DNA of 64,000 bases from an uncultured bacterium (GTDB lineage: Bacteria > Babelota > Babeliae > Babelales > Vermiphilaceae): contig OY970172.1 of NCBI GenBank assembly GCA_963707655.1, forward strand, positions 192,001 to 256,000, given 5' to 3'. Shown here piece by piece: positions 1 through 9,021 of the stretch. Every line of letters starts with the position of its first letter. The first letter of the stretch is position 1. The position numbers and the translations under genes were made by a program. Below the pieces are notes generated by a model, which was not told the DNA's origin, made no database searches, and worked only from the letters and a program-made list of their open reading frames with translations.

Positions 1-2
1 CC

Positions 3-1211
3 CAGACCATAGCGTTATTACATAAAAAAGATCCTTCCTTTGATGCTCAAAAATTGTATGAGCTTGATAGCGCAGTAAAGCAGTTGCGCTTTGATGTTGA
101 AGCATTGCGCCACGCCAAAAATGAATTGGCGCAAAAAGGTAAGGCAGGGGTAACGCCGGAGCTTCGCGAACAATCAATTGCGATTGGCAAACAGCTCAAA
201 CAGCAAGAAGAAGCGCTTGCCCTTCTAGAACAAGATTTTATGCAGCTGTATCTTGCATGCCCCAACTTAATTCAGGAAGATTTACCTGCCGGGGGTAAAG
301 AGGCAAATAAAGTAGTAAAAGTATGGGGAGAAAAAAAGAATTTTAATTTTACTCCTAAAAACCACCTTGATATTGCCACCAAGCTCGGGTGGCTCGATTT
401 TGAATCTGCCGCCATTATGACCGGTAGTCAGTTTGCGTTCTACAAAAAAGACGGCGTAAAACTTCTCTATAACTTGACCATGCTGATGCTTAAAAACAAT
501 AGTAAGTTTGGTTATGAAATGATGCTTCCTCCTTATTTGGTGAATGAAAAATCATTGGAGGTCGCCAGCAACTTTCCCAAATTCAGGGACCAAGTTTATG
601 CGGTGCCGGAGGATGGACTCTATCTCATTCCTACCTCTGAAGTAAGTTTAACCAATTTGTACCGCAATCAGATTATTCCCGGCGCAGATCTACCCATTCG
701 TATGACGTCGTGGACAAGTTGTTTTCGCCGTGAGGCGGGCGGCTATGGTGCGAGTGAACGGGGCCTAATCCGTATTCACCAGTTTGAAAAAGTTGAGTTA
801 TATACTCTGTGTCATCCGGCAGATGCGAATGCGGAGCAGGAACGTATGCTCGCCTGCGCAGAGAGCATTTTGCAGCAACTGGGGTTGCATTATCGCGTGA
901 GCTTGTTGGCCGCGCAGGATTGCTCGTTTCCCTCAGCGCGCACGTATGATATTGAAGTGTGGCTCCCGGGACAAAATCAATATTATGAAGTCTCGTCAGT
1001 GAGTAACTGTACCGATTTTCAGGCACGACGCGGTATGATTCGCTTTAAAGACACGCCTGAGAGCAAAGCAGAGTTGGTATATACCCTCAATGGATCTTCG
1101 TTGGCGCTTCCGCGTTTGATGGTTGCTTTGTTAGAGGTGTATCAACAGGAAGATGGTTCTGTGATATTGCCGGATATAATAGCAAAAGACTCAATTTTTG
1201 AAATAGAATAA
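3..1211 (+). CDS. serS: Seryl-tRNA synthetase (5' end lies before the window)
   Basis: Class II aaRS motifs LIPTSEV, CFRREAG, RIHQFEKVE, EVSSVSNCTDFQARR, TLNGSSLA; frame is open back to base 3. Confidence 0.97.
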   Translation, partial: QTIALLHKKDPSFDAQKLYELDSAVKQLRFDVEALRHAKNELAQKGKAGVTPELREQSIAIGKQLKQQEEALALLEQDFMQLYLACPNLIQEDLPAGGKEANKVVKVWGEKKNFNFTPKNHLDIATKLGWLDFESAAIMTGSQFAFYKKDGVKLLYNLTMLMLKNNSKFGYEMMLPPYLVNEKSLEVASNFPKFRDQVYAVPEDGLYLIPTSEVSLTNLYRNQIIPGADLPIRMTSWTSCFRREAGGYGASERGLIRIHQFEKVELYTLCHPADANAEQERMLACAESILQQLGLHYRVSLLAAQDCSFPSARTYDIEVWLPGQNQYYEVSSVSNCTDFQARRGMIRFKDTPESKAELVYTLNGSSLALPRLMVALLEVYQQEDGSVILPDIIAKDSIFEIE

Positions 1212-1213
1212 TT

Positions 1214-2083
1214 ATGATTTCGACAGATATACTTAAAAAAATAAAAAACCTGGAAATCCATACTAAAAAAATGGTGAACGGCTTTTTGATTGGACAAGGA
1301 CGTTCTGTTGCAAAAGGGTCGGGATTTGATTTTGATCAAATTCGTGATTATCAGGCAGGCGATGATGTGCGCTCTATAGATTGGAAAAGTTCTGCCCGCA
1401 TGAATAAAGTGCTGATAAAGCAATATAGAGAAGAGAAGAATCAAACGGTTTTGCTGCTTGTTGATATCTCCGAGTCGAGCTGGTATGGAGCCGGCGAGCA
1501 GGGTAAATACGAAGTACTCTCGCGCATTGCAGGGATAATATCGCTGATATGCTCTTATCGCGATGATGCGGTTGGGTTATTGCTTTTTGGTGAAGCGGTT
1601 GAGGTCTATGTTCCGCCGATGAGAGGAAAAAAGCATGTACATGCGCTTTTGGAAACTTTGTTTGCGGTAAAGCCGGTAAAACGAAAAACAAATATTTCTG
1701 CAGCCTTAGACTATGTTGCCCAATTGAAGAAAAAAAATATGATTCTTTTTCTTGTGTCTGATTTTATTGATAATGATTTTAAAAAATCTTTGGGTTTTTT
1801 AGCCCGTCAACATGATGTTATAGCAGTTTCGTGTCTTGATGAGCGAGAGTGCGCATTGCCTGCGCTGGGTTTTTTAACGATGCAAGATCAAGAGTCAGGG
1901 CAGAGTTTAATGCTTGATCTTTCTCGTGGCGGTAGTGCCAAGGTGCTTTCTTTTTTAAAAAAACGCACTCATGATCAGCAGATGGCTTTCAAGCAAGCAG
2001 GAGTAGAGGTGCTTTCTCTTTCTCCGCAGCAGGATAATGAGCGCGAATTGATTAGATTTTTCAAAAAACGAATGATGTATTAG
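1214..2083 (+). CDS. DUF58 family vWA-domain protein (MoxR-associated)
   Basis: G.DF.QIRDYQAGDDVRSIDWKSSAR, LLVDISES, VSDF motifs. Confidence 0.9.
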   Translation: MISTDILKKIKNLEIHTKKMVNGFLIGQGRSVAKGSGFDFDQIRDYQAGDDVRSIDWKSSARMNKVLIKQYREEKNQTVLLLVDISESSWYGAGEQGKYEVLSRIAGIISLICSYRDDAVGLLLFGEAVEVYVPPMRGKKHVHALLETLFAVKPVKRKTNISAALDYVAQLKKKNMILFLVSDFIDNDFKKSLGFLARQHDVIAVSCLDERECALPALGFLTMQDQESGQSLMLDLSRGGSAKVLSFLKKRTHDQQMAFKQAGVEVLSLSPQQDNERELIRFFKKRMMY

Positions 2084-2084
2084 T

Positions 2085-2618
2085 ATGCAACAAGAATTAG
2101 CAAATTCCGTGCCTAATCGGCTTGATGAATTGGCCGATATTTACGAGTTTTGGCATACACCTTGGTGGCAAACAAAACTTTTTTACATGATCCTCACACT
2201 GCTGGCAGTAATTTTGTTGTGCTTGATCGTCTGGCAGGTGATCCGGGCGCTGCGTTCACGCAAAAAAATAACGCCGTGGGAGCGAGCGCTACATTCTTTT
2301 CAGCATCTTAAAAATGCTTCCTATGCTGACGAGAAAGAAATAGCCGCCGGTTATTTTGCTCTGCGCACTACACTCAAGGGTTATGTAGCTGTTCGTTATT
2401 CAGAATCTTTGCTTGATAAAACTGATGATGAGTTGGTAAAAGAATTATCTCATAGTATCGATCAGGCTGATGTTGTGAATGATATAAAAGAGCTTTTAAG
2501 CCAAAGCGCCCAAGTGGTTTTTGCCGGCATGGAGTCATCGCACCGGTCATTGGCCAACAGTATTGAAAAAGCCATCTCTGTCGTAAAACGCACCGTTCCC
2601 CAAACACCAAATAAATAA
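2085..2618 (+). CDS. Membrane-anchored DUF4381/BatD-like protein
   Basis: LADI..PWW, one TM helix, P.ERAL; follows DUF58 gene after 1 nt. Confidence 0.6.
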   Translation: MQQELANSVPNRLDELADIYEFWHTPWWQTKLFYMILTLLAVILLCLIVWQVIRALRSRKKITPWERALHSFQHLKNASYADEKEIAAGYFALRTTLKGYVAVRYSESLLDKTDDELVKELSHSIDQADVVNDIKELLSQSAQVVFAGMESSHRSLANSIEKAISVVKRTVPQTPNK

Positions 2619-2637
2619 CTACTTCAAGGATTATACA

Positions 2638-3798
2638 TTGAATTACGATTGTTCTGTTGATACCCAATCATTGTATATTCATTGGCCGTTCTGCCCATAC
2701 AAGTGTAATTTTTGTCCATTTGTCGCTCTGGCAGGGCATGATCAGTTTATGGCGCAATATCATGCCGTATTGGTAAAAGAGATACAAAATTTCATCGCTG
2801 AAAACAGCCAAAAGCGGCATCTGAAAACAATATTCATGGGGGGCGGAACTCCCAGTACCTACCCCAATACTCTGCTACTTGACATGTTTGATACACTATA
2901 TAAGGGATTCGTTATTGATAAAACAACGGAGATCTCCATAGAAGTAAATCCAGGTACGGTTAAGCTTGAACAGCTTACAGTGTGGAAAGAAGCGGGTATT
3001 AATCGTTTGAGCATAGGAGTACAGAGCCTTAAAGATTCGGCGTTGAAATCACTCAATCGTCATCAGTCAGCTGCTGATGTGGAGTGGCTGCTTGGCCAAG
3101 CATCAGCATTGTTTGATAACATTTCTGTTGATCTTATCCTTGGTCTGCCAGATGTTTCGGTGTCAGATTGGAAAGAGTTGTTGGCGCGCGTTGTGGCATG
3201 GCCGATTAATCATGTTTCGGTCTATTTTTTGACTGTGCATGAAAATACGCCATTGTATTTTAAAGTGCAACGCAATCAAGTGGTCTTGCCGCCTGATGAT
3301 ACGATTATAGATTTGTATCACTGGACTGTTGACTTGTTGGCAAGGCATGGATTAAAACAGTATGAGCTTTCCAATTTTGCGCGCACCGGCTATGAATGTA
3401 AGCATAATACGGTGTATTGGGAGCGTAAGCCCTATAAAGGTGTAGGGTTGGGCGCATGCTCTTTTGATGGATTGTTGCGCTTGCAAAATGAAAAAAATTT
3501 AATGAAATATATGGCTGGCATAGAAAAAAATCAATGCTCGCCGATTGTTTCTGTCGAACAGCTTACGCAGGAACAGGTGCATTTGGAAAAATTGATGTTG
3601 GGCTTGAGGAGAGCTGCGGGGATAAAACGTTTTGATTTGATGATGGGAGTTAAGCATGAGCGAAGAAATCAGTGTGATCAGAAAATTGATACATTGATAG
3701 AAAATGGTTTTTTGCGTGAAGAAAATGATCGTCTTGTGCTGACGCCCAAAGGTCTTATTTTAGAAAATGAGATTATTGTGCAATTGGCACCGGATTAA
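2638..3798 (+). CDS. hemW: Radical SAM heme chaperone HemW (HemN-like)
   Basis: YIHWPFCPYKCNFC, GGGTPS, RLSIGVQS, YELSNFA, HN..YW. Confidence 0.92.
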   Translation: MNYDCSVDTQSLYIHWPFCPYKCNFCPFVALAGHDQFMAQYHAVLVKEIQNFIAENSQKRHLKTIFMGGGTPSTYPNTLLLDMFDTLYKGFVIDKTTEISIEVNPGTVKLEQLTVWKEAGINRLSIGVQSLKDSALKSLNRHQSAADVEWLLGQASALFDNISVDLILGLPDVSVSDWKELLARVVAWPINHVSVYFLTVHENTPLYFKVQRNQVVLPPDDTIIDLYHWTVDLLARHGLKQYELSNFARTGYECKHNTVYWERKPYKGVGLGACSFDGLLRLQNEKNLMKYMAGIEKNQCSPIVSVEQLTQEQVHLEKLMLGLRRAAGIKRFDLMMGVKHERRNQCDQKIDTLIENGFLREENDRLVLTPKGLILENEIIVQLAPD

Positions 3799-3854
3799 AA
3801 AAAATAAGAAATTGATGATTACACTTTTTAAATGATAAAGGCGGGGATTTCACT

Positions 3855-4316
3855 ATGGCGAAACATGTTGGTATCAGGCTACCGGATGATTTGATTACCG
3901 TGTTAAAAACAGGCAAGACAGTGGCAGTATTGTCAACATTTTCAGAAAAAGGTTTGCCTCATACAACACCTATTCAATGTATCTATCCAAAGGGATTGGA
4001 AAGTATTTTGATATCCATTAATAAAGATCACACCGGTTACCATAACATGGTATGGCAAAAAAAGGTGATGGTTTGTTTTATGGATGAAGGCAACGTTGCT
4101 TATAGTGTGCTGGGTCGTGCCGGCGTTGTTCGTGCTCCGTCGTTGGTGCATCCATTGATGAATATAGTACGGATTGACATTATCGATATCAAAAGTGATC
4201 GTTCAGTATTAACAAAAGTTGATGCCGGCGTGCGTTGGTCATATACTTCAGCAGAGGCAGAAGAGCTGTCCAATGCTTTGATGAGTGAGTTGAGGGAATT
4301 GTCCAAAACGCTTTAA
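3855..4316 (+). CDS. Pyridoxamine 5'-phosphate oxidase-like split-barrel protein
   Basis: AVLSTFSEKGLPHTTPI N-terminal pattern; 153 aa. Confidence 0.6.
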   Translation: MAKHVGIRLPDDLITVLKTGKTVAVLSTFSEKGLPHTTPIQCIYPKGLESILISINKDHTGYHNMVWQKKVMVCFMDEGNVAYSVLGRAGVVRAPSLVHPLMNIVRIDIIDIKSDRSVLTKVDAGVRWSYTSAEAEELSNALMSELRELSKTL

Positions 4317-4343
4317 TATATTATTGATAAAAAGGAGTATAAT

Positions 4344-5729
4344 ATGCGTAAAATAGTCTTCTTGTTGTGGGGAATCAGTTTTGTTGCAGCGTCAAGCATG
4401 CGAGGGTCAGAAAATGATTCTGAGCATGCGGATATTACAGAACATCATGATGATGCTCATAGTAACGCGCCTGAAGAGAAAGCCATTGATCAGAAAACAG
4501 CTCCTGCTCAGGATCAGAACAAGCAAGAAGTAAAAAAAGAGGGGCAGTCGACACAAGTAAAAGCGCCTGCTCCGTCTGAAAAATCAGCAGATGAGCATGC
4601 TGAAGAGAAGAAAGGAGAAAAAAAGGAGAATGCTCCCGCTGAAACAAAAGGTAAGGAGAGTGTAGAGCACAAAGAAGAAAAATCTGCTCCTGAAAAAACA
4701 AAAGTCGCCGAAAAGCCGGCAAAAGAAGAACAGGCAAAAGCACCGGAAGCACCCCCAGCTGCCCAGAAACATGAAGAAGAAAAACCGGTAAAAGAGAAAT
4801 CTCATCCAGCGTATTACAATCCGGAAGAAGCGGAGATAGAAGCGGTTGATATAGATACCATAGATCTTGCCGAGCCAAAAGGTAATTGGTTGCTCAAGCG
4901 GCAGTGGTGGGAAGCAGCCGAGCGCTCATATGAACAGATCAAACAGACGCTTGATCAAATTTTTGATCTGCGCTTAACTTTTTATAATAATCGCACGGAG
5001 CTTGATCAATCAGTCTTTAACAATTTTTTCCATTCCATTGGTATAGGCCAAGGAGAATTGCAAGAAATTATCGAAACTCTTACGCAAGATTTAGACAACG
5101 ATAAAAAAGCTCATGGATCTCTTACTAAAAAAGAGGAAGAGGTAGTGGCGCACGTGCAAGAAGAGAAAGATCGGCTTAAGAAGCTGTATGACACGATTGA
5201 TCATATTAATGAGCTTGAAAAAGCACTTAACGCAGCGCTCATTACGATGAGACAACAAATTGAGTTGGCGCGTGAAAATGAGCACAAGGCGTGGAATAAT
5301 TTTAAGGCGATTGCTCGCGAGTTAAGCGATCATAAGGCATATGAGTTGTATTATGCCATGAATAGTTTTGCGACCAATGTTTCTGAGATTTTAAAATATC
5401 TTAAGGGGCCTTTTGCTGATTATTATCATCAATTGGGTGTAAAAGCTAAAAAAGATATTGAAGAAGTTGTGGATACTATGAAGGTCCTCAGAGAGAAAGG
5501 CCTTGATTTAAAGCAACAGGCAGAAGAGCAGTTGCACAAACAAACATGTCATCGTCCCGATGAAGATGAGAAAGAGCATGATGAGGAAGAGTCCGTAGGA
5601 TTTGTGGGTACTGTGTGGCATTATGTAAAATCGCCATTTGTTTGGATAGGGTCGCTGTTTTCAGGCGCTTATGACGGTGTGCGTTCACTGTTTGTAAAAG
5701 AGCCGGTTGATGAAGAAGAAGCTGACTAA
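4344..5729 (+). CDS. Secreted hypothetical protein with E/K/A/P low-complexity region and coiled coil
   Basis: AGGAG RBS, signal peptide, charged low-complexity N-terminal third, helical remainder. Confidence 0.8.
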   Translation: MRKIVFLLWGISFVAASSMRGSENDSEHADITEHHDDAHSNAPEEKAIDQKTAPAQDQNKQEVKKEGQSTQVKAPAPSEKSADEHAEEKKGEKKENAPAETKGKESVEHKEEKSAPEKTKVAEKPAKEEQAKAPEAPPAAQKHEEEKPVKEKSHPAYYNPEEAEIEAVDIDTIDLAEPKGNWLLKRQWWEAAERSYEQIKQTLDQIFDLRLTFYNNRTELDQSVFNNFFHSIGIGQGELQEIIETLTQDLDNDKKAHGSLTKKEEEVVAHVQEEKDRLKKLYDTIDHINELEKALNAALITMRQQIELARENEHKAWNNFKAIARELSDHKAYELYYAMNSFATNVSEILKYLKGPFADYYHQLGVKAKKDIEEVVDTMKVLREKGLDLKQQAEEQLHKQTCHRPDEDEKEHDEEESVGFVGTVWHYVKSPFVWIGSLFSGAYDGVRSLFVKEPVDEEEAD

Positions 5730-5742
5730 ATAGAATAAGAAT

Positions 5743-5792
5743 AAAAAACCATTTTTTGATACATGAATAGTGCATCAGAAAATGGTTTTTTT
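5743..5792 (+). terminator. Probable intrinsic terminator
   Basis: aaaaaaccatttt...aaaatggttttttt inverted repeat just after the 5729 stop. Confidence 0.6.
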
Positions 5793-5840
5793 AATTGATT
5801 AATTCATCGAATATGATACATTTACGTGAATAAAATACGT

Positions 5841-5927
5841 GCCGAGGTGGTGAAACTGGTATACACGCAGCCTTGAGGTGGCTGTGGGAGAAATCCTGTA
5901 GGGGTTCGAGTCCCCTCCTCGGCACCA
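5841..5927 (+). tRNA. tRNA-Leu(GAG)
   Basis: Acceptor stem gccgagg/cctcggc, anticodon arm cagcc-ttGAGgt-ggctg, long variable arm, GTTCGAG, encoded CCA. Confidence 0.95.
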
Positions 5928-6004
5928 GTCTTTGCTTATCCGGGCCTGGTGCTCCTGAAGAGCACTATTTTAGTCTCGGCAAGCTTCGACTCGCTGACGC
6001 CAGC
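5928..6004 (+). repeat. REP-like element directly after tRNA CCA (gtctt(t/c)gct-hairpin-gcttcg family)
   Basis: Resembles the reverse complement of 52905-52945. Confidence 0.45.
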
Positions 6005-6106
6005 ACATGAAATATTTGATATAAAAAAAGCGAAGCCTGGACAGGCATAGCCAACAGAAAATTGAATGAAGTTTTGAAACATAAATAGTATTAAGGAGTT
6101 TATTGT

Positions 6107-7657
6107 ATGAATTCTTCGCTTCGACGAATGAGCTTTTCTTGGTTATCATTTTGGATTGTTATAGCTATGCTCAGCCTGTACATGCTGTGGCCATTGCGTA
6201 AAACATTGCGCTTTGGTATTGACCTTGTCGGCGGCACGTACATAATGTTGCAGGTGCAAACAGAAAAAGCTGTTGAAGCTGATTTGCAATCACGCGCAGC
6301 AGCAGTAAATTCCTATCTTCAAAAAGCGAATGTTTCTTTGCCTTCTCATAGCGCAGTTTCCGGAAACATTCTTACTTTAACTTTTGATTCATTAAATACC
6401 GCACAAGCTGCATCAAGCGCGCTTAAAAAAGAGTGGTCAGATATGAGCGTGACCACAGAGGGCAATGTGGCCCGCTTTGCTTTGAGTAAAGCAGCAGAAA
6501 AAGCAATAGCAAACGACGCCGTTGCTCGCAATATAGAAGTTTTGCGCTCTCGTCTTGATCAATTAAGCGTTTCTGAAATTAGCATTGCTACCCATGGGGA
6601 TAAAGATATTGTTATTGAACTTCCCGACGTTAAAGATCCGCAACAAGCAAAAGCAATGATTGGTAAAGCGGCTGTTTTAGAATTTAAGATGGTTAAGGCA
6701 GCAGGCAACAGCGCTGAAGATATTATATATGATCTTGGCGGTGAATTACCTTATGATCTTGAAATTCTGCCTGGTCAAGAAAACGATGCTCGTCATCAGA
6801 GCTATTATGCGGTTTCCCGCCACGCTGAGTTGACCGGCTCTTCTTTAAGAACAGCGCGCGCTCAATTGGGAGACAAAGGAAACATGGTGGTGGGGTTTGA
6901 GTTTACTCCTGAAGCAGGTGAAATTTTTGGTGAGCTTACCGGTAGAAACATTGGCAAGCGCCTTGCGATCGTGTTGGATGGTGTGGTTATTTCTGCTCCC
7001 GTTATTCAATCAAGAATTAGCGACAAGGGCCAAATTACCGGTTCTGAAAATTCTGATGAAGCAAAAAATTTGGCATTGCTTCTGCGTTCCGGTGCATTCG
7101 TAGCTCCTGTTACTTTTGAAGAAGAGCGTCAAATCGGGCCTTCGCTCGGTGCACAGGCGATTCATCAAGGCTTGATAGCATGTCTGGTTGGTCTTGCTCT
7201 CCTCTTTATATTTAGCATTGTTTATTATAAATTCGCCGGATTACTCGCGTTTCTTGCATTGATATTTAACGTATTGTTGGTTCTACTCGGCCTTTCTTTG
7301 CTCCATGCTACCTTAACTTTGCCGGGCATAGCGGGTATTGTTTTAACATTGGGCATGGCGATAGACTCTTCTATTTTAATCTTTGAGCGCATTAAAGAAG
7401 AATTGGCGAATAAATCTTCAATCCGCCATGCAGTGAAATCAGGATTTTCTGATGCTATGATGGTTATCTTGGATGCGAATATTACTACCTTTATCGTGGG
7501 CATTGTGCTCTATTGGTTCGGTACCGGGCCGGTACAAGGCTTTGCCGTGACCATGATGCTTGGTATTATAGCAACATTGCTTACCGGGCTCTTCTTCTTA
7601 AAATCTCTCTTTATCTTTATTTTAGATAATTTTTCGCTTCAAAAGCTTCGTATTTAA
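6107..7657 (+). CDS. secD: Protein translocase subunit SecD
   Basis: GIDLVGG, AIVLDG, IGPSLG, LTLPGIAG, GMAID, FERIKEE, DANITT, GFAVT. Confidence 0.96.
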   Translation: MNSSLRRMSFSWLSFWIVIAMLSLYMLWPLRKTLRFGIDLVGGTYIMLQVQTEKAVEADLQSRAAAVNSYLQKANVSLPSHSAVSGNILTLTFDSLNTAQAASSALKKEWSDMSVTTEGNVARFALSKAAEKAIANDAVARNIEVLRSRLDQLSVSEISIATHGDKDIVIELPDVKDPQQAKAMIGKAAVLEFKMVKAAGNSAEDIIYDLGGELPYDLEILPGQENDARHQSYYAVSRHAELTGSSLRTARAQLGDKGNMVVGFEFTPEAGEIFGELTGRNIGKRLAIVLDGVVISAPVIQSRISDKGQITGSENSDEAKNLALLLRSGAFVAPVTFEEERQIGPSLGAQAIHQGLIACLVGLALLFIFSIVYYKFAGLLAFLALIFNVLLVLLGLSLLHATLTLPGIAGIVLTLGMAIDSSILIFERIKEELANKSSIRHAVKSGFSDAMMVILDANITTFIVGIVLYWFGTGPVQGFAVTMMLGIIATLLTGLFFLKSLFIFILDNFSLQKLRI

Positions 7658-7704
7658 TGTATAATAAAGAGCACTAAGGGTATTGAAATAATGCAATAAT
7701 TCGT

Positions 7705-7781
7705 GGCGACGTAGCTCAGCTGGTTAGAGCGGCGGAATCATAATCCGTAGGTCCGGGGTTCGAGTCCCTGCGTCGCTACCA
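7705..7781 (+). tRNA. tRNA-Met(CAT), elongator-like
   Basis: Acceptor ggcgacg/cgtcgct, anticodon arm gcgga-atCATaa-tccgt, GTTCGAG, CCA; paired 1:72 argues against initiator. Confidence 0.92.
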
Positions 7782-7811
7782 AAAAAACTTCTTCAATTGA
7801 AAAGGCAGGCC

Positions 7812-8432
7812 ATGGTGTTGAAAGAATATAATATACCCACCAAGCTTACCTTGGTGCGCCTGATAATAGCTCCAATCTTTCTTCCTTTCTTATTAGTCTA
7901 TTTTCTCCCCTATAATAATGTTCTCATTAACGGCCTTCTTGCTCAGCTTTTTATTTTATTTGGGCTGACCGATTTTTTTGATGGCTATTTGGCGCGGCGC
8001 TATCATCAAGAGACAGCCTTGGGCAAAATACTTGATCCGATAGCCGATAAATTTTTGGTTTATTCAACATTGTTGGCGCTCTTGGCTATTAATAAAATAT
8101 ATTTTTTTTGGGTCATTTTGTTTGTGGGGCGCGATTTTTTTGTGATGGGGATTCGTCAAATTGCGCTTGAAAGCAATTTTTCAGTGCCGGTTTCTTCCGG
8201 TGGCAAATTTAAAACCGCTATTCAATTTATTATGCTGAGTTTCATCATTTTTAATCCGTATCATCATTTGGGCATAACTGGCTGCATGTATTGGAATTTA
8301 GTTGAGCAATCAATTTTATTTTTCGCGCTTTTTCTTTCTTTGTATACCGTGTATTGTTATTACAAGTTTTTTATGAGCCGTTTGTCTGCACGCATGCTGT
8401 ATCAATCTGAGGCATATCAAGATCATGAATGA
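7812..8432 (+). CDS. pgsA: CDP-diacylglycerol--glycerol-3-phosphate 3-phosphatidyltransferase
   Basis: NIPT.LT..R and TDFFDGYLAR...G..LDPIADK CDP-alcohol phosphotransferase motif. Confidence 0.93.
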   Translation: MVLKEYNIPTKLTLVRLIIAPIFLPFLLVYFLPYNNVLINGLLAQLFILFGLTDFFDGYLARRYHQETALGKILDPIADKFLVYSTLLALLAINKIYFFWVILFVGRDFFVMGIRQIALESNFSVPVSSGGKFKTAIQFIMLSFIIFNPYHHLGITGCMYWNLVEQSILFFALFLSLYTVYCYYKFFMSRLSARMLYQSEAYQDHE

Positions 8433-9021
8433 AGTTCTATTTCGGTGTCTTATTTTTTTAACAAGTTATTTGATTGGCTCTGTTCCCATTGGTTATTTAA
8501 TCGCTCGGTGGCGCGGCGTTGCCGATATTCGTTTGCATGGCTCCGGCGCCACGGGGGCAACAAATGCGGCACGCGTGCTTGGTTCTGCTTATTTTTTTAT
8601 TATTTTTGCGCTCGATTTTTTTAGAGCATTTGTCACTATGTATATGCTGATTAACTATACATCATGGTCCTCATATTTTTGGCTGGTAGGCATTGCTTTG
8701 ATGATTGGCAACGGCTGGCCGATTTTTATCGGTTTTAGAGGCGGAAAGGGCGTGGCAACTGCTTTGGGCATGCTCACTTTTTTGATGCCAAAAATAGCTC
8801 TTTTTTTGTTTATTATATGGTTGGCCGTGTTCATCTTGGTACGAGTTGTTGGCATTGGATCGGTAGCACTTTTTGTGGCTATGTATCTTTGTGCCATTTT
8901 TACACAGGCTTCTACATCTCAGCTGTTTTTATGCATTGTTTCCTTGATCGGTACACAACTGCATGGCGCAAACATTAAACAATATCTGCAACTGTTAAGA
9001 GAAAAGGTAAAGGCGGTATGA
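8425..9021 (+). CDS. plsY: Glycerol-3-phosphate acyltransferase PlsY
   Basis: YLIGSVP, GSGATGATNAAR, FRGGKGVAT. Confidence 0.92.
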   Translation: MNEVLFRCLIFLTSYLIGSVPIGYLIARWRGVADIRLHGSGATGATNAARVLGSAYFFIIFALDFFRAFVTMYMLINYTSWSSYFWLVGIALMIGNGWPIFIGFRGGKGVATALGMLTFLMPKIALFLFIIWLAVFILVRVVGIGSVALFVAMYLCAIFTQASTSQLFLCIVSLIGTQLHGANIKQYLQLLREKVKAV

